Of a stretch of DNA of 64,000 nucleotides, positions 36,642-45,466 are shown in pieces; the first letter of the stretch is position 1, and every line of letters starts with the position of its first letter. The stretch is from a virus. Lineage: Duplodnaviria > Caudoviricetes. The notes below the pieces were generated by a model. The model was given only the letters and a program-made list of their open reading frames with translations. It was not told the DNA's origin and did not search any database. A program made the position numbers and the translations under genes. The stretch covers positions 817 to 64,816 of the IMG/VR virus record IMGVR_UViG_3300037603_000023, one strand, 5' to 3'.

Positions 36642-36863
36642 ATGCGCTACATCGTTTTGACAGGTCGCCATCCGACCAGAACCCGCCGCGAACTCATCAA
36701 GGAATGCTGCGACAACGGAATCACCGTGCAGAAGAAGGTGGACCGGCGCACAGACACCGTGATTGCCAGCCGCTTCGACACTAAGAAGGCCAGCGCCGGC
36801 AAGGACAATTCAATCCGCATCTTGCCCTACGAAGCTCTTGAGCAGATCATCGGGAGGTTTTGA
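36642..36863 (+). CDS. stand-alone BRCT-domain protein
   Basis: IVLTG...TRREL......G..VQKKVDRRTDTVIA...TKK matches ligase-type BRCT; RBS after hairpin 9. Confidence 0.75.
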   Translation: MRYIVLTGRHPTRTRRELIKECCDNGITVQKKVDRRTDTVIASRFDTKKASAGKDNSIRILPYEALEQIIGRF

Positions 36864-37138
36864 TGCAGCACCAGGAAGGATCAACAGTGGTCACCCGCTA
36901 CAAGTACAATCGCATGACACCGAAGGATTTCTCCGGCGATCTGAATTCGCTCGGGCTGTCAGCCGGTCAATTTTCCCGGCTGTCCGGGGCGCGCTATGAG
37001 CGCGTCCTGAAGTGGCTCGACGGGCAGGAGGACATTCCCCCTCATGTGCCGGTGATGCTGGCCCTGCTGGAATTGCCCGGCGCGATGGCGCAGGCACAAA
37101 GGGCCGTCAACTTCTATATCCGAGAGGAAGGCCAATGA
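36860..37138 (+). CDS. HTH transcriptional regulator
   Basis: MTPKDF...LGLSAGQFSRLSGARYERVLKWLDG...IP. Confidence 0.75.
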   Translation: MMQHQEGSTVVTRYKYNRMTPKDFSGDLNSLGLSAGQFSRLSGARYERVLKWLDGQEDIPPHVPVMLALLELPGAMAQAQRAVNFYIREEGQ

Positions 37139-38628
37139 CCGTCATCACCATCGGAAAGAGCGCTGCCGGTCGCGAGGTCGAATTGCGGCTCGACAAGGCC
37201 AATCGCCACGGGCTCGTCACCGGCGCAACAGGCACCGGCAAGACCGTCTCCCTGCAACTGCTCATGGAAGGCTTCTCCCGCGCTGGTGTCCCGGTCTTTG
37301 CGGCTGACGTGAAGGGCGATCTGTCCGGCATCGCAGCGTTCGGCCAGGACGACAGCCGTGCCGCCGATCGATCCCGCAAAATGACCGGCCACTTCAAAGC
37401 CGATCGCTTCCCGGTGACCTTCTGGGATCTGTTCGGCGAACACGGTCACCCGATCAAGACCAGCGTTCAGCAGATCGGCCCGGATCTCACCTCGCAGATG
37501 CTGCGCCTGAACGAAACCCAGGCCGGGGCAATTGCCATCGCCTTCAAGAAGGCCGTAAACGATCAGGCGTGGATGCTGACGCTCGACGATCTGCGCTGGA
37601 CCTTGAACGAGATGATCGAGGAACGGGCCGAAACGTGCGAGAAATACGGCAACGTCACCGCGAGCTCGATCAACACCGCACAGCGCCAATTGCTGTCGCT
37701 CGAGTCCCAGGGCGGCGACAAGCTGTTCGGCGAACCGCCGTTCTCTGTCCTTGACCTGATCCGCAAGCGTGAGGACGGCCGCGGCTACATCAACCTGCTT
37801 CACGCCGACCAATTGATGGAAGCTCCGAAGCTCTACGCCACCTTCCTGCTCTGGCTGCTGACCGAATTGTTTCGCGAACTGCCCGAGGTCGGCGACGTGG
37901 ACAAGCCCAAGATGGTGTTCTTCTTCGATGAAGCCCACCTGCTGTTCTCGGATGCTCCGAAGCAATTGCTCGAGAAGATCGAGCGCCTGGTGCGCCTCGT
38001 GCGCTCCAAGGGCGTGGGCGTCTATTTCGTGACACAATCCCCCAAGGACGTGCCCGACGCCGTCCTCTCCCAGCTGGGCAACCGAATTCAGCACGCTCTC
38101 CGCGCCTACACCCCGAAGGATCAGCGCATGGTGCGCGCTGCCGCCCAGGCATTCCGCCCGAACCGCGATGTCGACGTGAAGACCGTCATCACCGAAATGG
38201 GCGTGGGGGAAGCTCTGGTGTCCTGCATGGATGAAGATGGGATTCCGCTGCCGGTCGAGCGCGTCAAGGTCATGTCACCGTCGGCGCATATCGGACCGAT
38301 CACGAACGACGAGCGCCATGTCATCATGAAGGCGTCGCCGTTCGCCGGCAGCCGGGCCGAGAAGCCGATCCACGAGCAGGGCTATCACTTCATGCGCAGG
38401 ATGAAAGAGGACGCCGGCATCGATCCTGGGCCGGATAACGGCCCGCCCGATTACGTGCCGGGACAGATCGCAGCTGAGAGCCAGATCACCGTTGATGCGC
38501 TGATGGAATTGAACGGCATGGTCGAGCAAGAGCAACGTCCGCGCGGGCTGACCGGTCGGCACTTCTTCTGGGGATGGCTGATCTGCACCGTGGTCGCGGT
38601 CACGGCTGATCTGGTGGGTGTCTTCTGA
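37135..38628 (+). CDS. DUF853/YjgR HerA-like ATPase with C-terminal TM segment
   Basis: NRHGLVTGATGTGKT, ADVKGD, FFFDEAHLLF, RSKGVGVYFVTQSP, GNRIQHALRAYTP. Confidence 0.92.
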   Translation: MTVITIGKSAAGREVELRLDKANRHGLVTGATGTGKTVSLQLLMEGFSRAGVPVFAADVKGDLSGIAAFGQDDSRAADRSRKMTGHFKADRFPVTFWDLFGEHGHPIKTSVQQIGPDLTSQMLRLNETQAGAIAIAFKKAVNDQAWMLTLDDLRWTLNEMIEERAETCEKYGNVTASSINTAQRQLLSLESQGGDKLFGEPPFSVLDLIRKREDGRGYINLLHADQLMEAPKLYATFLLWLLTELFRELPEVGDVDKPKMVFFFDEAHLLFSDAPKQLLEKIERLVRLVRSKGVGVYFVTQSPKDVPDAVLSQLGNRIQHALRAYTPKDQRMVRAAAQAFRPNRDVDVKTVITEMGVGEALVSCMDEDGIPLPVERVKVMSPSAHIGPITNDERHVIMKASPFAGSRAEKPIHEQGYHFMRRMKEDAGIDPGPDNGPPDYVPGQIAAESQITVDALMELNGMVEQEQRPRGLTGRHFFWGWLICTVVAVTADLVGVF

Positions 38629-38807
38629 TGCTGGTGCGCGTTTGGACAACCAAGGAAGGCGAGCGTATCCCGCTCAACAAGATGGAGCGCAGCCACATCA
38701 TCAATTGCATCAACAAAATTCAACGGTCGCGGAAGGGATGGCGCAGGCATTGGCTTGAGCCATTGATGCTTGAGCTCGAAATCAGGGATATGCAAGATCG
38801 CCTTTAG
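38628..38807 (+). CDS. small hypothetical protein
   Basis: My translation: MLVRVWTTKEGERIPLNKMERSHIINCINKIQ...; TGATG overlap. Confidence 0.7.
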   Translation: MLVRVWTTKEGERIPLNKMERSHIINCINKIQRSRKGWRRHWLEPLMLELEIRDMQDRL

Positions 38808-38810
38808 GCA

Positions 38811-39509
38811 TTACCCGAACAGCCGCGAAAGCCTCGTCGCCGTCAGTGCGCCGCCCGCGAGCGGCAGGAACGACCACCGGGCCCGGAAGGCCCGGGCCGT
38901 GATCATGTCGAGATCCAGCGCCACGATGTCGAGCCCGACGCGGATACCTTCGACGGCATTGGGCTTGACCCTCTTGCCGTCACCGAGAATTGCCGAGAAT
39001 TCATCCCGGATGATGACCGCGTGCAGAAGGTCGAAGATGGCGGTGCCGTCCATCTGATCCCGCCATCTCTGGATCTTCTTCATGCAATCGAACTTGTGAT
39101 CGGCCACGCGCCTGGATCCAAACCCGCCGGAAGGTGTCGCCTCGAGGTCGACCGACTGCATCGGTGAAACCTGGGCGCCTTCAACAGCCGTTCGAAAGCG
39201 CTCACCGGCTGCGACGCGCATCATCTCCGCGCCGGCAGCATCCTCTCTTGTTGCCAGCCGCCGCGTCTCCCGAAGCCATTCGAACGGGCCGGAATTGATG
39301 TTGATATCAATCGTGTTCTTCTGGTCTCGCATGTGCATCTTGATCTCGTGACCATCACGGCCGGCGCGCGGGAGCGGTGCCGCCACGGACGGCGTCGCCC
39401 ATCCGGCCAACCCGTAGACCATGTGCATCTGAGCGTAGAACTTAGCGCGACGAACCTCGAATTCTGGTTCCCGGCGGTAATGCGCTGCGAGGCCAACCGT
39501 GATCGACAT
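38811..39509 (-). CDS. DUF6456-like protein (putative late-transcription regulator)
   Basis: NINSGPFEWL...AGERFR motif; last gene of the early leftward operon. Confidence 0.6.
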   Translation of the reverse strand: MSITVGLAAHYRREPEFEVRRAKFYAQMHMVYGLAGWATPSVAAPLPRAGRDGHEIKMHMRDQKNTIDININSGPFEWLRETRRLATREDAAGAEMMRVAAGERFRTAVEGAQVSPMQSVDLEATPSGGFGSRRVADHKFDCMKKIQRWRDQMDGTAIFDLLHAVIIRDEFSAILGDGKRVKPNAVEGIRVGLDIVALDLDMITARAFRARWSFLPLAGGALTATRLSRLFG

Positions 39510-39796
39510 CATCGACTCCTTCGCTTCTCGACCGGGACCGGCTTCTTGCCGGGCCGAAAGACCGCGTTCGCCGCCTGGAGCGCGTTCACGCGCTTGCTGG
39601 CGGTTCCGACGACGTCTGCTTGCCAGAAATTGCGCATCGCGCGCCACGCGGCCAACTCAGCCTGATCCTGAGTATCGAACAATTGGCGCTTGCCACCCTT
39701 TTGCACGATTTTCCAGCCGCCCATGCGAACAGTTCGGAAATACCCTACATAAGTGCCAGTGGCGACCATCTCCGTCCTGACGTCAATCGAGTTCAT
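39509..39796 (-). CDS. hypothetical protein
   Basis: 95 aa with overlapping boundaries. Confidence 0.6.
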   Translation of the reverse strand: MNSIDVRTEMVATGTYVGYFRTVRMGGWKIVQKGGKRQLFDTQDQAELAAWRAMRNFWQADVVGTASKRVNALQAANAVFRPGKKPVPVEKRRSR

Positions 39797-40040
39797 TTTC
39801 GGCTTCCGTTACCCGCTTGATGTGGCGCTCGACCGCTCTGGTGATGGCCGACGACGAGACCCGTTTGAAGAATTGAGCCACTGCCGCCGGCTCCTGATTG
39901 AGCGCCATCCAGACCTCGTAGATGCAATGATCGCGTGCGATCAGGGTGAGCATGGATCGCCGATAGATCATGACGTCTTCGGCGGTCATGCCGTAGATCG
40001 CAGCCGTCTCTGAAACGATGTCGTAGAGGCGCGGTCTCAC
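39783..40040 (-). CDS. DnaA C-terminal (domain IV)-like HTH protein
   Basis: IVSETAAIYGMTAEDVM..RR....IAR...Y......VAQFFKR.SSAITRAV pattern. Confidence 0.65.
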   Translation of the reverse strand: MRPRLYDIVSETAAIYGMTAEDVMIYRRSMLTLIARDHCIYEVWMALNQEPAAVAQFFKRVSSSAITRAVERHIKRVTEAENELD

Positions 40041-42265
40041 AGGTATTCGGCCTCCGCATAGAGGTCGTTTTGAGCGTCATCGTCAGGGTGAGAATCGTAA
40101 GATGTCCCCTGATTGTCTGAATCCTGTCCCCTCTTTGTCCCAAATTCCGATCCTTCGGGGAAAGTTCTGGAGAACCCGCGGACGGGCTTTCCGTCCCACC
40201 AGAGGTATGGGCTGTTCACGCCGATAATACCGTACTTCTGCAGGCTGGTTTTCGTCCTACCGAGTTCCTTCTTCACCTGGTCGGCGGCCTTCACCTTGTC
40301 GTCGACCTCAACCATCGATTCCATCGCGACAGCCTTGTATGCGGTCCAATTGATGATGATCTTGCCAACTGCAGCGCGCGGCCCATCCGCTTCTGTGGCT
40401 ACAAATTTGCCGTAGCGGTCCGACGCCGCGAACAGGTTCATCAGAACGCGGCGCTCTGTCGGGTTTGGCGAGAAGCCGAGCCGTTGCTGCTCCTTCTTCA
40501 ACCGCTCTTTTTCCGTCACTGAGAGGACCACGCAGGAGGTCACGTCTGCGCCCGTTCGGTCATTCCGCCTTACGGGGATAGAGGCCAGCGAGAAACGAAA
40601 CCGCAGGCCGTCTTCGCCATCCTTCATCTTCTCGAGGTTTGCTTCTCGTATGCCTGTATCCTTGTCATGGCTGATGAATATGACTTGGTCGGCATTGTCT
40701 TTCAGAGACGTGTGCCCACGCATCTTCTCGCCCTTGGCGTTCATGTGGTGAACGACCATGACGTTCACCCCGCACTCATCTCGAATACGCTCGACGTTAG
40801 AGAGAATTACAGCGGTGTCTTTTCCGCTGATTTCATCGGCCCCGACAGTGGCTTTCGAAAGAGTATCGATAACAAATAGCTCTACAGGTGCCGACATTGT
40901 CAGTGAGAGAGCGTTGATTTCTGATATCAGGTTATCGACGTCCTTGCTGTCCTTGGAAAAAATGTTGATTTTCGATGGCAGCAGTTCAAATGGGACATCC
41001 TCATCATCTGGCACGCTGAAGTGCTTTGCGTAGGCGTCCATGCGGTCGAGAAAACCAAGGCCGCCCTCGCCAGCTTGATAGATCACCCCGCCCCGCTTCA
41101 CCGGGTTGTCGAAGAAGTCTATCCCGCGCGCCACACACATAGCCAAATGAAACGCTAGAAAAGATTTCCCGGACCCTGAAGGGCCGCCCATGAAGGACAC
41201 CCCCTGTTCGGTAAGCCAGCCCTCTACGAGAAATTCAAGCCGTTTGCGCGGCCGCTTTCTGTCTGACCATGGGATCGCGCCGAACATCGATTTCGGGCGC
41301 TTTGGCGCCCACATTGGAGCGCTCTTGACGATATCGGCGAACTTCTCAGCGGTCCCACCGGCCTTGTCCCGCCAGTCGGAAACATCCCCCTTCTCCGGCA
41401 TCTCCGGCCAGTGCTCGACAAGGTCGATCACACGAACCGATTTCGCCTTCTTCTTGAGCCTGTGCCCCAGGTTCATCATCCGCATGCGGCCAGCATCGTC
41501 ATTGTCGCCGCACAGGATCACATCGGCACCGGCAAGGTCATCGTCGTACCTGTCTTCCCAGAACTTGGCGCCGCCGCAATTGGTGGTGGCCGCGAAGCCC
41601 CAAGAGCGCAGGGTCTCGACGTCTTTTTCCCCTTCAACCAAGAGAACCGGTCTGCCGTCAGCTTTCGCCTTCAGCACCTCATCGCGGCGGTACAGCCACC
41701 GCGTCGCCTTCGGGAATTTCTTGATCTCGGAATATTTGCCGCCCTCTTTGGCGCGGAACCAGTGACCGTCTTTGGTCTTGCCGTATTCGGCCTCATCCAG
41801 AGCCCAGATCCATGACCCGCCCGGGCCCGGCCGGCGCTGCATGTAGCGCCGCGCCGCTTCCTTGGGGAATTTCACGACCTGGATGGCGAGATTGCCCTTG
41901 TCGTCGAGATAGTCGAACGCCGCAATTGGCTTGGGGTCGAAGAAGTCCGGAATGCCGGGAATGTTGACGTTCGCCTGCTGCTTACCTTCCGACTTCTCCA
42001 GGAACCCGTTGTCCTGAAGCCACTTCACGGCATCGGACTTCCCGAGCCCCTTGTAAGCCTTCAGCAGATCCAGCACGCCGCCACCGGTGCCATCCTCATG
42101 GTCCTGATAGACGCCCTTCGTGATATCGACGGCCAGAGATCCGTTGGTCCCGTACCGGATTTCAGTCTTGGTGGAGAGCTTGCGGTTCGGCTTCCCGAGC
42201 GATTCCTGCAGAACGCGCTCAGCAACCGGCCCCATCAGCCGCCCGAATTTCTCTGCTTCGCTCAT
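40037..42265 (-). CDS. primase-helicase (TOPRIM plus RepA/AAA_25 SF4 helicase)
   Basis: VEGEKDV and DNDDAG TOPRIM motifs; GPSGSGKS Walker A; LFVIDT Walker B; RGHTSL. Confidence 0.92.
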   Translation of the reverse strand: MSEAEKFGRLMGPVAERVLQESLGKPNRKLSTKTEIRYGTNGSLAVDITKGVYQDHEDGTGGGVLDLLKAYKGLGKSDAVKWLQDNGFLEKSEGKQQANVNIPGIPDFFDPKPIAAFDYLDDKGNLAIQVVKFPKEAARRYMQRRPGPGGSWIWALDEAEYGKTKDGHWFRAKEGGKYSEIKKFPKATRWLYRRDEVLKAKADGRPVLLVEGEKDVETLRSWGFAATTNCGGAKFWEDRYDDDLAGADVILCGDNDDAGRMRMMNLGHRLKKKAKSVRVIDLVEHWPEMPEKGDVSDWRDKAGGTAEKFADIVKSAPMWAPKRPKSMFGAIPWSDRKRPRKRLEFLVEGWLTEQGVSFMGGPSGSGKSFLAFHLAMCVARGIDFFDNPVKRGGVIYQAGEGGLGFLDRMDAYAKHFSVPDDEDVPFELLPSKINIFSKDSKDVDNLISEINALSLTMSAPVELFVIDTLSKATVGADEISGKDTAVILSNVERIRDECGVNVMVVHHMNAKGEKMRGHTSLKDNADQVIFISHDKDTGIREANLEKMKDGEDGLRFRFSLASIPVRRNDRTGADVTSCVVLSVTEKERLKKEQQRLGFSPNPTERRVLMNLFAASDRYGKFVATEADGPRAAVGKIIINWTAYKAVAMESMVEVDDKVKAADQVKKELGRTKTSLQKYGIIGVNSPYLWWDGKPVRGFSRTFPEGSEFGTKRGQDSDNQGTSYDSHPDDDAQNDLYAEAEYL
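40103..40141 (-). repeat. iteron array B: four GGGACA repeats at 11-bp period inside the primase 3' end
   Basis: TGTCCC at 40103, 40125, 40136 and TGTCTG at 40114. Confidence 0.75.
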
Positions 42266-42436
42266 TCAGGCATACCACGCCACAATGAGAGAGCCGAAGA
42301 GCAGCAAAATGCCGACGAACATAAGGATTACGCCGCCCTTCTGGTGCTTTTCTTCGGGTAGCGCCGAGCCGTACCCGCCGGTTGCGCTGGCAAACCAGCC
42401 GAGGGCCGCAAAGATGAACGCGATGGTCAAGAGCAT
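42266..42436 (-). CDS. small two-TM membrane protein
   Basis: MLLTIAFIFAALGWF...GGVILMFVGILLLFG. Confidence 0.65.
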   Translation of the reverse strand: MLLTIAFIFAALGWFASATGGYGSALPEEKHQKGGVILMFVGILLLFGSLIVAWYA

Positions 42437-42870
42437 CCGCGATCCCCCTCGTATCCAGGGCGAACGACAAGACTGTCTTTCCAGTCGACCGTGCCGCGTT
42501 GGTAGGAAGTAAATACGCCAGCGGAAAGCCCGAGGCCGGAAGGCATGCCGTCTACGAACCAATTGCCAGATCCAACATCTATCGACGGTCGTTTGCGGAA
42601 AAGCTCTGCGCACCCGCGATCGTTGTTTCGAATATCCCGCGCCATGAACTTGTAATCTGGATGAACATGGCTCCAGTCGATGGTGTCTGGGGTAAGAGGC
42701 TTTGGGGCGATGCGGTAGAGACGATCCTCTTTCCACAAATCGAACTCGCAAGGAGTGAACCACTCATAGGTGCTTGTGAAAATCTCAATCCGCCTCCCTT
42801 CATGATGGGCCAGCAACAGTTCGCCCTTCTCGGCGCGGGACAGTTCTCCAAATGGCTTGGGATGGGTCAT
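42427..42870 (-). CDS. hypothetical protein
   Basis: 147 aa; IDWSHVHPDYKFMARD...DWKDSLVVRP phage motif. Confidence 0.7.
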   Translation of the reverse strand: MTHPKPFGELSRAEKGELLLAHHEGRRIEIFTSTYEWFTPCEFDLWKEDRLYRIAPKPLTPDTIDWSHVHPDYKFMARDIRNNDRGCAELFRKRPSIDVGSGNWFVDGMPSGLGLSAGVFTSYQRGTVDWKDSLVVRPGYEGDRGCS

Positions 42871-43169
42871 GCGTCCTCCTTCACCGGAACGGTGTCGAGT
42901 AGTTTGCGGATGGTTTTCATGCCGGAGGCGGTGCGATCGCGCTCGACGGGGCGGAATAGCAGACACGAGAAGAGAGCTTCGATGCCCGGCAAGCAAATCG
43001 CAGGACATCCTTCCTTTCTCTCAAATCGCTCGTCTGGAATAATCTCTTGGATCTCGTAGACTTTGCCAACTACAAGCGGGAACCGGAACCAAGCCCCCGG
43101 GGCCCCATCGCGCCCCATCTTAACGCACACCACCTTGTCGCCCGGCTTTGCGGACTTCCACCAAGCCAT
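42867..43169 (-). CDS. hypothetical protein
   Basis: PGDKVVCV SH3-like start; ATGA overlap. Confidence 0.7.
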   Translation of the reverse strand: MAWWKSAKPGDKVVCVKMGRDGAPGAWFRFPLVVGKVYEIQEIIPDERFERKEGCPAICLPGIEALFSCLLFRPVERDRTASGMKTIRKLLDTVPVKEDA

Positions 43170-43170
43170 C

Positions 43171-43485
43171 TCAACACCCCTCAATCATCTGAATCATTCT
43201 GTCCGGGCCAGCCCGCAGCGCCCGCATCACAAGGCTGCGAAGCACCTGCTCCCGGCTCATGCGAAGCTGCTTGCCGACCGCATCAATGTCGAAAACGAAG
43301 TCCGATATCGGGATGCTCAAGAGCACCGTCTGGCCGTTGTCGGCGGGCGGCGTAACGCCCGCCAGCACCAGCGCGTTGCGGATCAGCGCAGGCGAGCAGT
43401 CGACCTGGGCGGCGATCTCTTGGACAGGGATCTCTCGGCCAGCCATGTAGCCAATGCGGATCGGGTTGCGGACAAGGTCGCTCAT
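43171..43485 (-). CDS. HTH / ribbon-helix DNA-binding protein
   Basis: VQEIAAQVDCSPALIRNAL HTH; C-terminal MSREQVLRSLV. Confidence 0.6.
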   Translation of the reverse strand: MSDLVRNPIRIGYMAGREIPVQEIAAQVDCSPALIRNALVLAGVTPPADNGQTVLLSIPISDFVFDIDAVGKQLRMSREQVLRSLVMRALRAGPDRMIQMIEGC

Positions 43486-43838
43486 GCTGCCACCCTCGCC
43501 TTCTTGGCGGCAGCAAACACGCGCCATGTGCGCCGAGAGTATTCCAGGTTTCGTCGGCGGCTGATGGAGTTGTACCGCGACTTGACACCGTCCCGGACAC
43601 CTATTCGGTTCATGTGACTGCCGATGCCGTAGAATGCGGCCACTCTGGAGACGCCGAAAATGCGCCCAACTTCCGCAGGATTCCTTCGATGAAAAAACCA
43701 GACGACCCAGAAAGCGGCATGCCGTGCCCTCACAATGTCCGGGCGTCGGCCACCAGTCATGATGTCTTCCAGCGAAACGAAATGAAGCCGAGCGATCATG
43801 TTCACATCTTCAAGAATCTGCTGTCGTGGCGTTTTCAT
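43482..43838 (-). CDS. second DnaA C-terminal (domain IV)-like protein
   Basis: VSLEDIMTGGRRPDIVRARHAAFW...AEVGRIFG pattern. Confidence 0.7.
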   Translation of the reverse strand: MKTPRQQILEDVNMIARLHFVSLEDIMTGGRRPDIVRARHAAFWVVWFFHRRNPAEVGRIFGVSRVAAFYGIGSHMNRIGVRDGVKSRYNSISRRRNLEYSRRTWRVFAAAKKARVAA

Positions 43839-44148
43839 CGCTCTGCCCCTCCAGTTTGATAGACCCAACAGCCACCAGCAGCGTGAGAAACGCTGCCGAC
43901 ATCTGCTTGCCGCGCGCCTTTGAAATCCCAGGCTTGTTCTGCATGGACATGGCAGCCGTCTCGGCCGCTGTTTCGTAGTCGAATGTGGATTCCACGTCGT
44001 AGAACCCGCCGTTCATCGCACGGGCTACCTCACCCCTGAACTTGACCAGGCTCAGCGTTCCATCCTGCTCGAGAACGCCGCGGTGCATGCCGGGCTCATC
44101 AGAGATCGGAAGAGAGAAGATCATACGTGGAGATGGGGAACCGGTCAC
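43810..44148 (-). CDS. hypothetical protein
   Basis: GTGA overlap with the methyltransferase stop. Confidence 0.55.
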   Translation of the reverse strand: MTGSPSPRMIFSLPISDEPGMHRGVLEQDGTLSLVKFRGEVARAMNGGFYDVESTFDYETAAETAAMSMQNKPGISKARGKQMSAAFLTLLVAVGSIKLEGQSDENATTADS

Positions 44149-44735
44149 AGCAACCACCCCAATTCCGTCGATGTCGACGAACTCGACAGATCCCAGACGA
44201 TCCAGCACCAGTCGGCCGTACCGCCTGATGCCTTGCCACCACTCGCCAGATACTCGCCTGGAGGGCACGATACCCGGGGAGTGATGATCCAGATGCGGGT
44301 TGGCTTATGCTCGGCGAACAGGCCGTTGGCGCGGCCGGTGCCGGCAAGAAACTTCACATCGACGAAGGCGCAGACTTTGCCGTGGGTGACGGAGATCGCC
44401 TTGCGGATGAAAGCTTCGGCTCCCTTTGCCCGGAAGAAAGGCGGGTTCATGACAATGTTGGCGTAGCGAAATGGATCCTCCGGCCCGAGAAAATCATACT
44501 CTCCGGTGAACCATGGCTCGCGGGGCTCAATCCTGGTGGTGATGTCGGATCCGGTGGCCTCATACCCTGCCTTGAGGCAGGCCCTGACGATGTTGCCGCC
44601 GCCGCAAGCCGGATCGTGGATCTTGCCGACAAACCGCTCTTTGCTCAGCAGCTTCGTGGTGGCAATTTCAGGTTCCGCGTACCAATCGAGACCATCTCTG
44701 GCCCATATGTGAGCGGCCTTTTCCGTCTTGGTCAT
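44145..44735 (-). CDS. phage N6-adenine DNA methyltransferase
   Basis: DWYAEP, DPACGGG motif I, NIVMNPPF motif IV. Confidence 0.85.
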   Translation of the reverse strand: MTKTEKAAHIWARDGLDWYAEPEIATTKLLSKERFVGKIHDPACGGGNIVRACLKAGYEATGSDITTRIEPREPWFTGEYDFLGPEDPFRYANIVMNPPFFRAKGAEAFIRKAISVTHGKVCAFVDVKFLAGTGRANGLFAEHKPTRIWIITPRVSCPPGEYLASGGKASGGTADWCWIVWDLSSSSTSTELGWLL

Positions 44736-45466
44736 CCGGCCGCCCTCACCCTTGCATCGGTGAATTTCGGCTCAATACCGGCGGCTACGTAGCGGAAGCC
44801 CCTGCCCCAGACGGTCTCGATGATGTCTCGGCCATCACAGATCGGCAGCAGCTTCTTGCGAAGCTTGCATACATAGACATCGACGATCTTGGTTCCGGGC
44901 TCGTCAGCCATGCCTTTGTAGAGATGGGTGCAGAACATCTCTTTGGTGACCACCGCCCCAGCCTTCTGCACCAACAGGCAAAGCGCCTCGGCCTCGCTTC
45001 CCGTCAGATGAACGGATCCGAGATCAGAAGACATCCATCCTGTAGACGTGTTGAGCGTTGCAGGGCCAACGCGGACAAGCCATGGAGTTTCCGGGGGCTG
45101 CGCTCGGCGGATCAGCGTGGCAATCCGAGCCTTCAACTCGGCGGGATCAATGCTTAACGGCTGCGCATCATCCGCGCCGGCATTCATGAAATCCGAGAAG
45201 GATTTATACCCGGCGAGACTGTCGTCGATCAGCGCTAGGACCAGGTTTTTCAAGCCTCGCTTGCGCATGCTTTCGACCATTTCAAGATCGGTGATGTATT
45301 GGGAGACGCAGACCACCCCAACGGCGTCCGCATCGGCCTCAAGCATATCGATCATGTCTCCCGGTTGACGTTGCCGAGCCAACACGACCTCAGAAAAGCT
45401 CGCCTTGAGCGATGGGGCCAACCGCAGCGCGGGTTGCGCCGAAGACGCGCTGATAACGCACCTCAC
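44732..45466 (-). CDS. ctrA: CtrA-like OmpR-family regulator with degenerate receiver
   Basis: VTKEMFCTHLYKGMADEPGTKIVDVYVCKLRKKL...IETVWGRGF closely follows the CtrA DNA-binding domain. Confidence 0.8.
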   Translation of the reverse strand: MRCVISASSAQPALRLAPSLKASFSEVVLARQRQPGDMIDMLEADADAVGVVCVSQYITDLEMVESMRKRGLKNLVLALIDDSLAGYKSFSDFMNAGADDAQPLSIDPAELKARIATLIRRAQPPETPWLVRVGPATLNTSTGWMSSDLGSVHLTGSEAEALCLLVQKAGAVVTKEMFCTHLYKGMADEPGTKIVDVYVCKLRKKLLPICDGRDIIETVWGRGFRYVAAGIEPKFTDARVRAAG

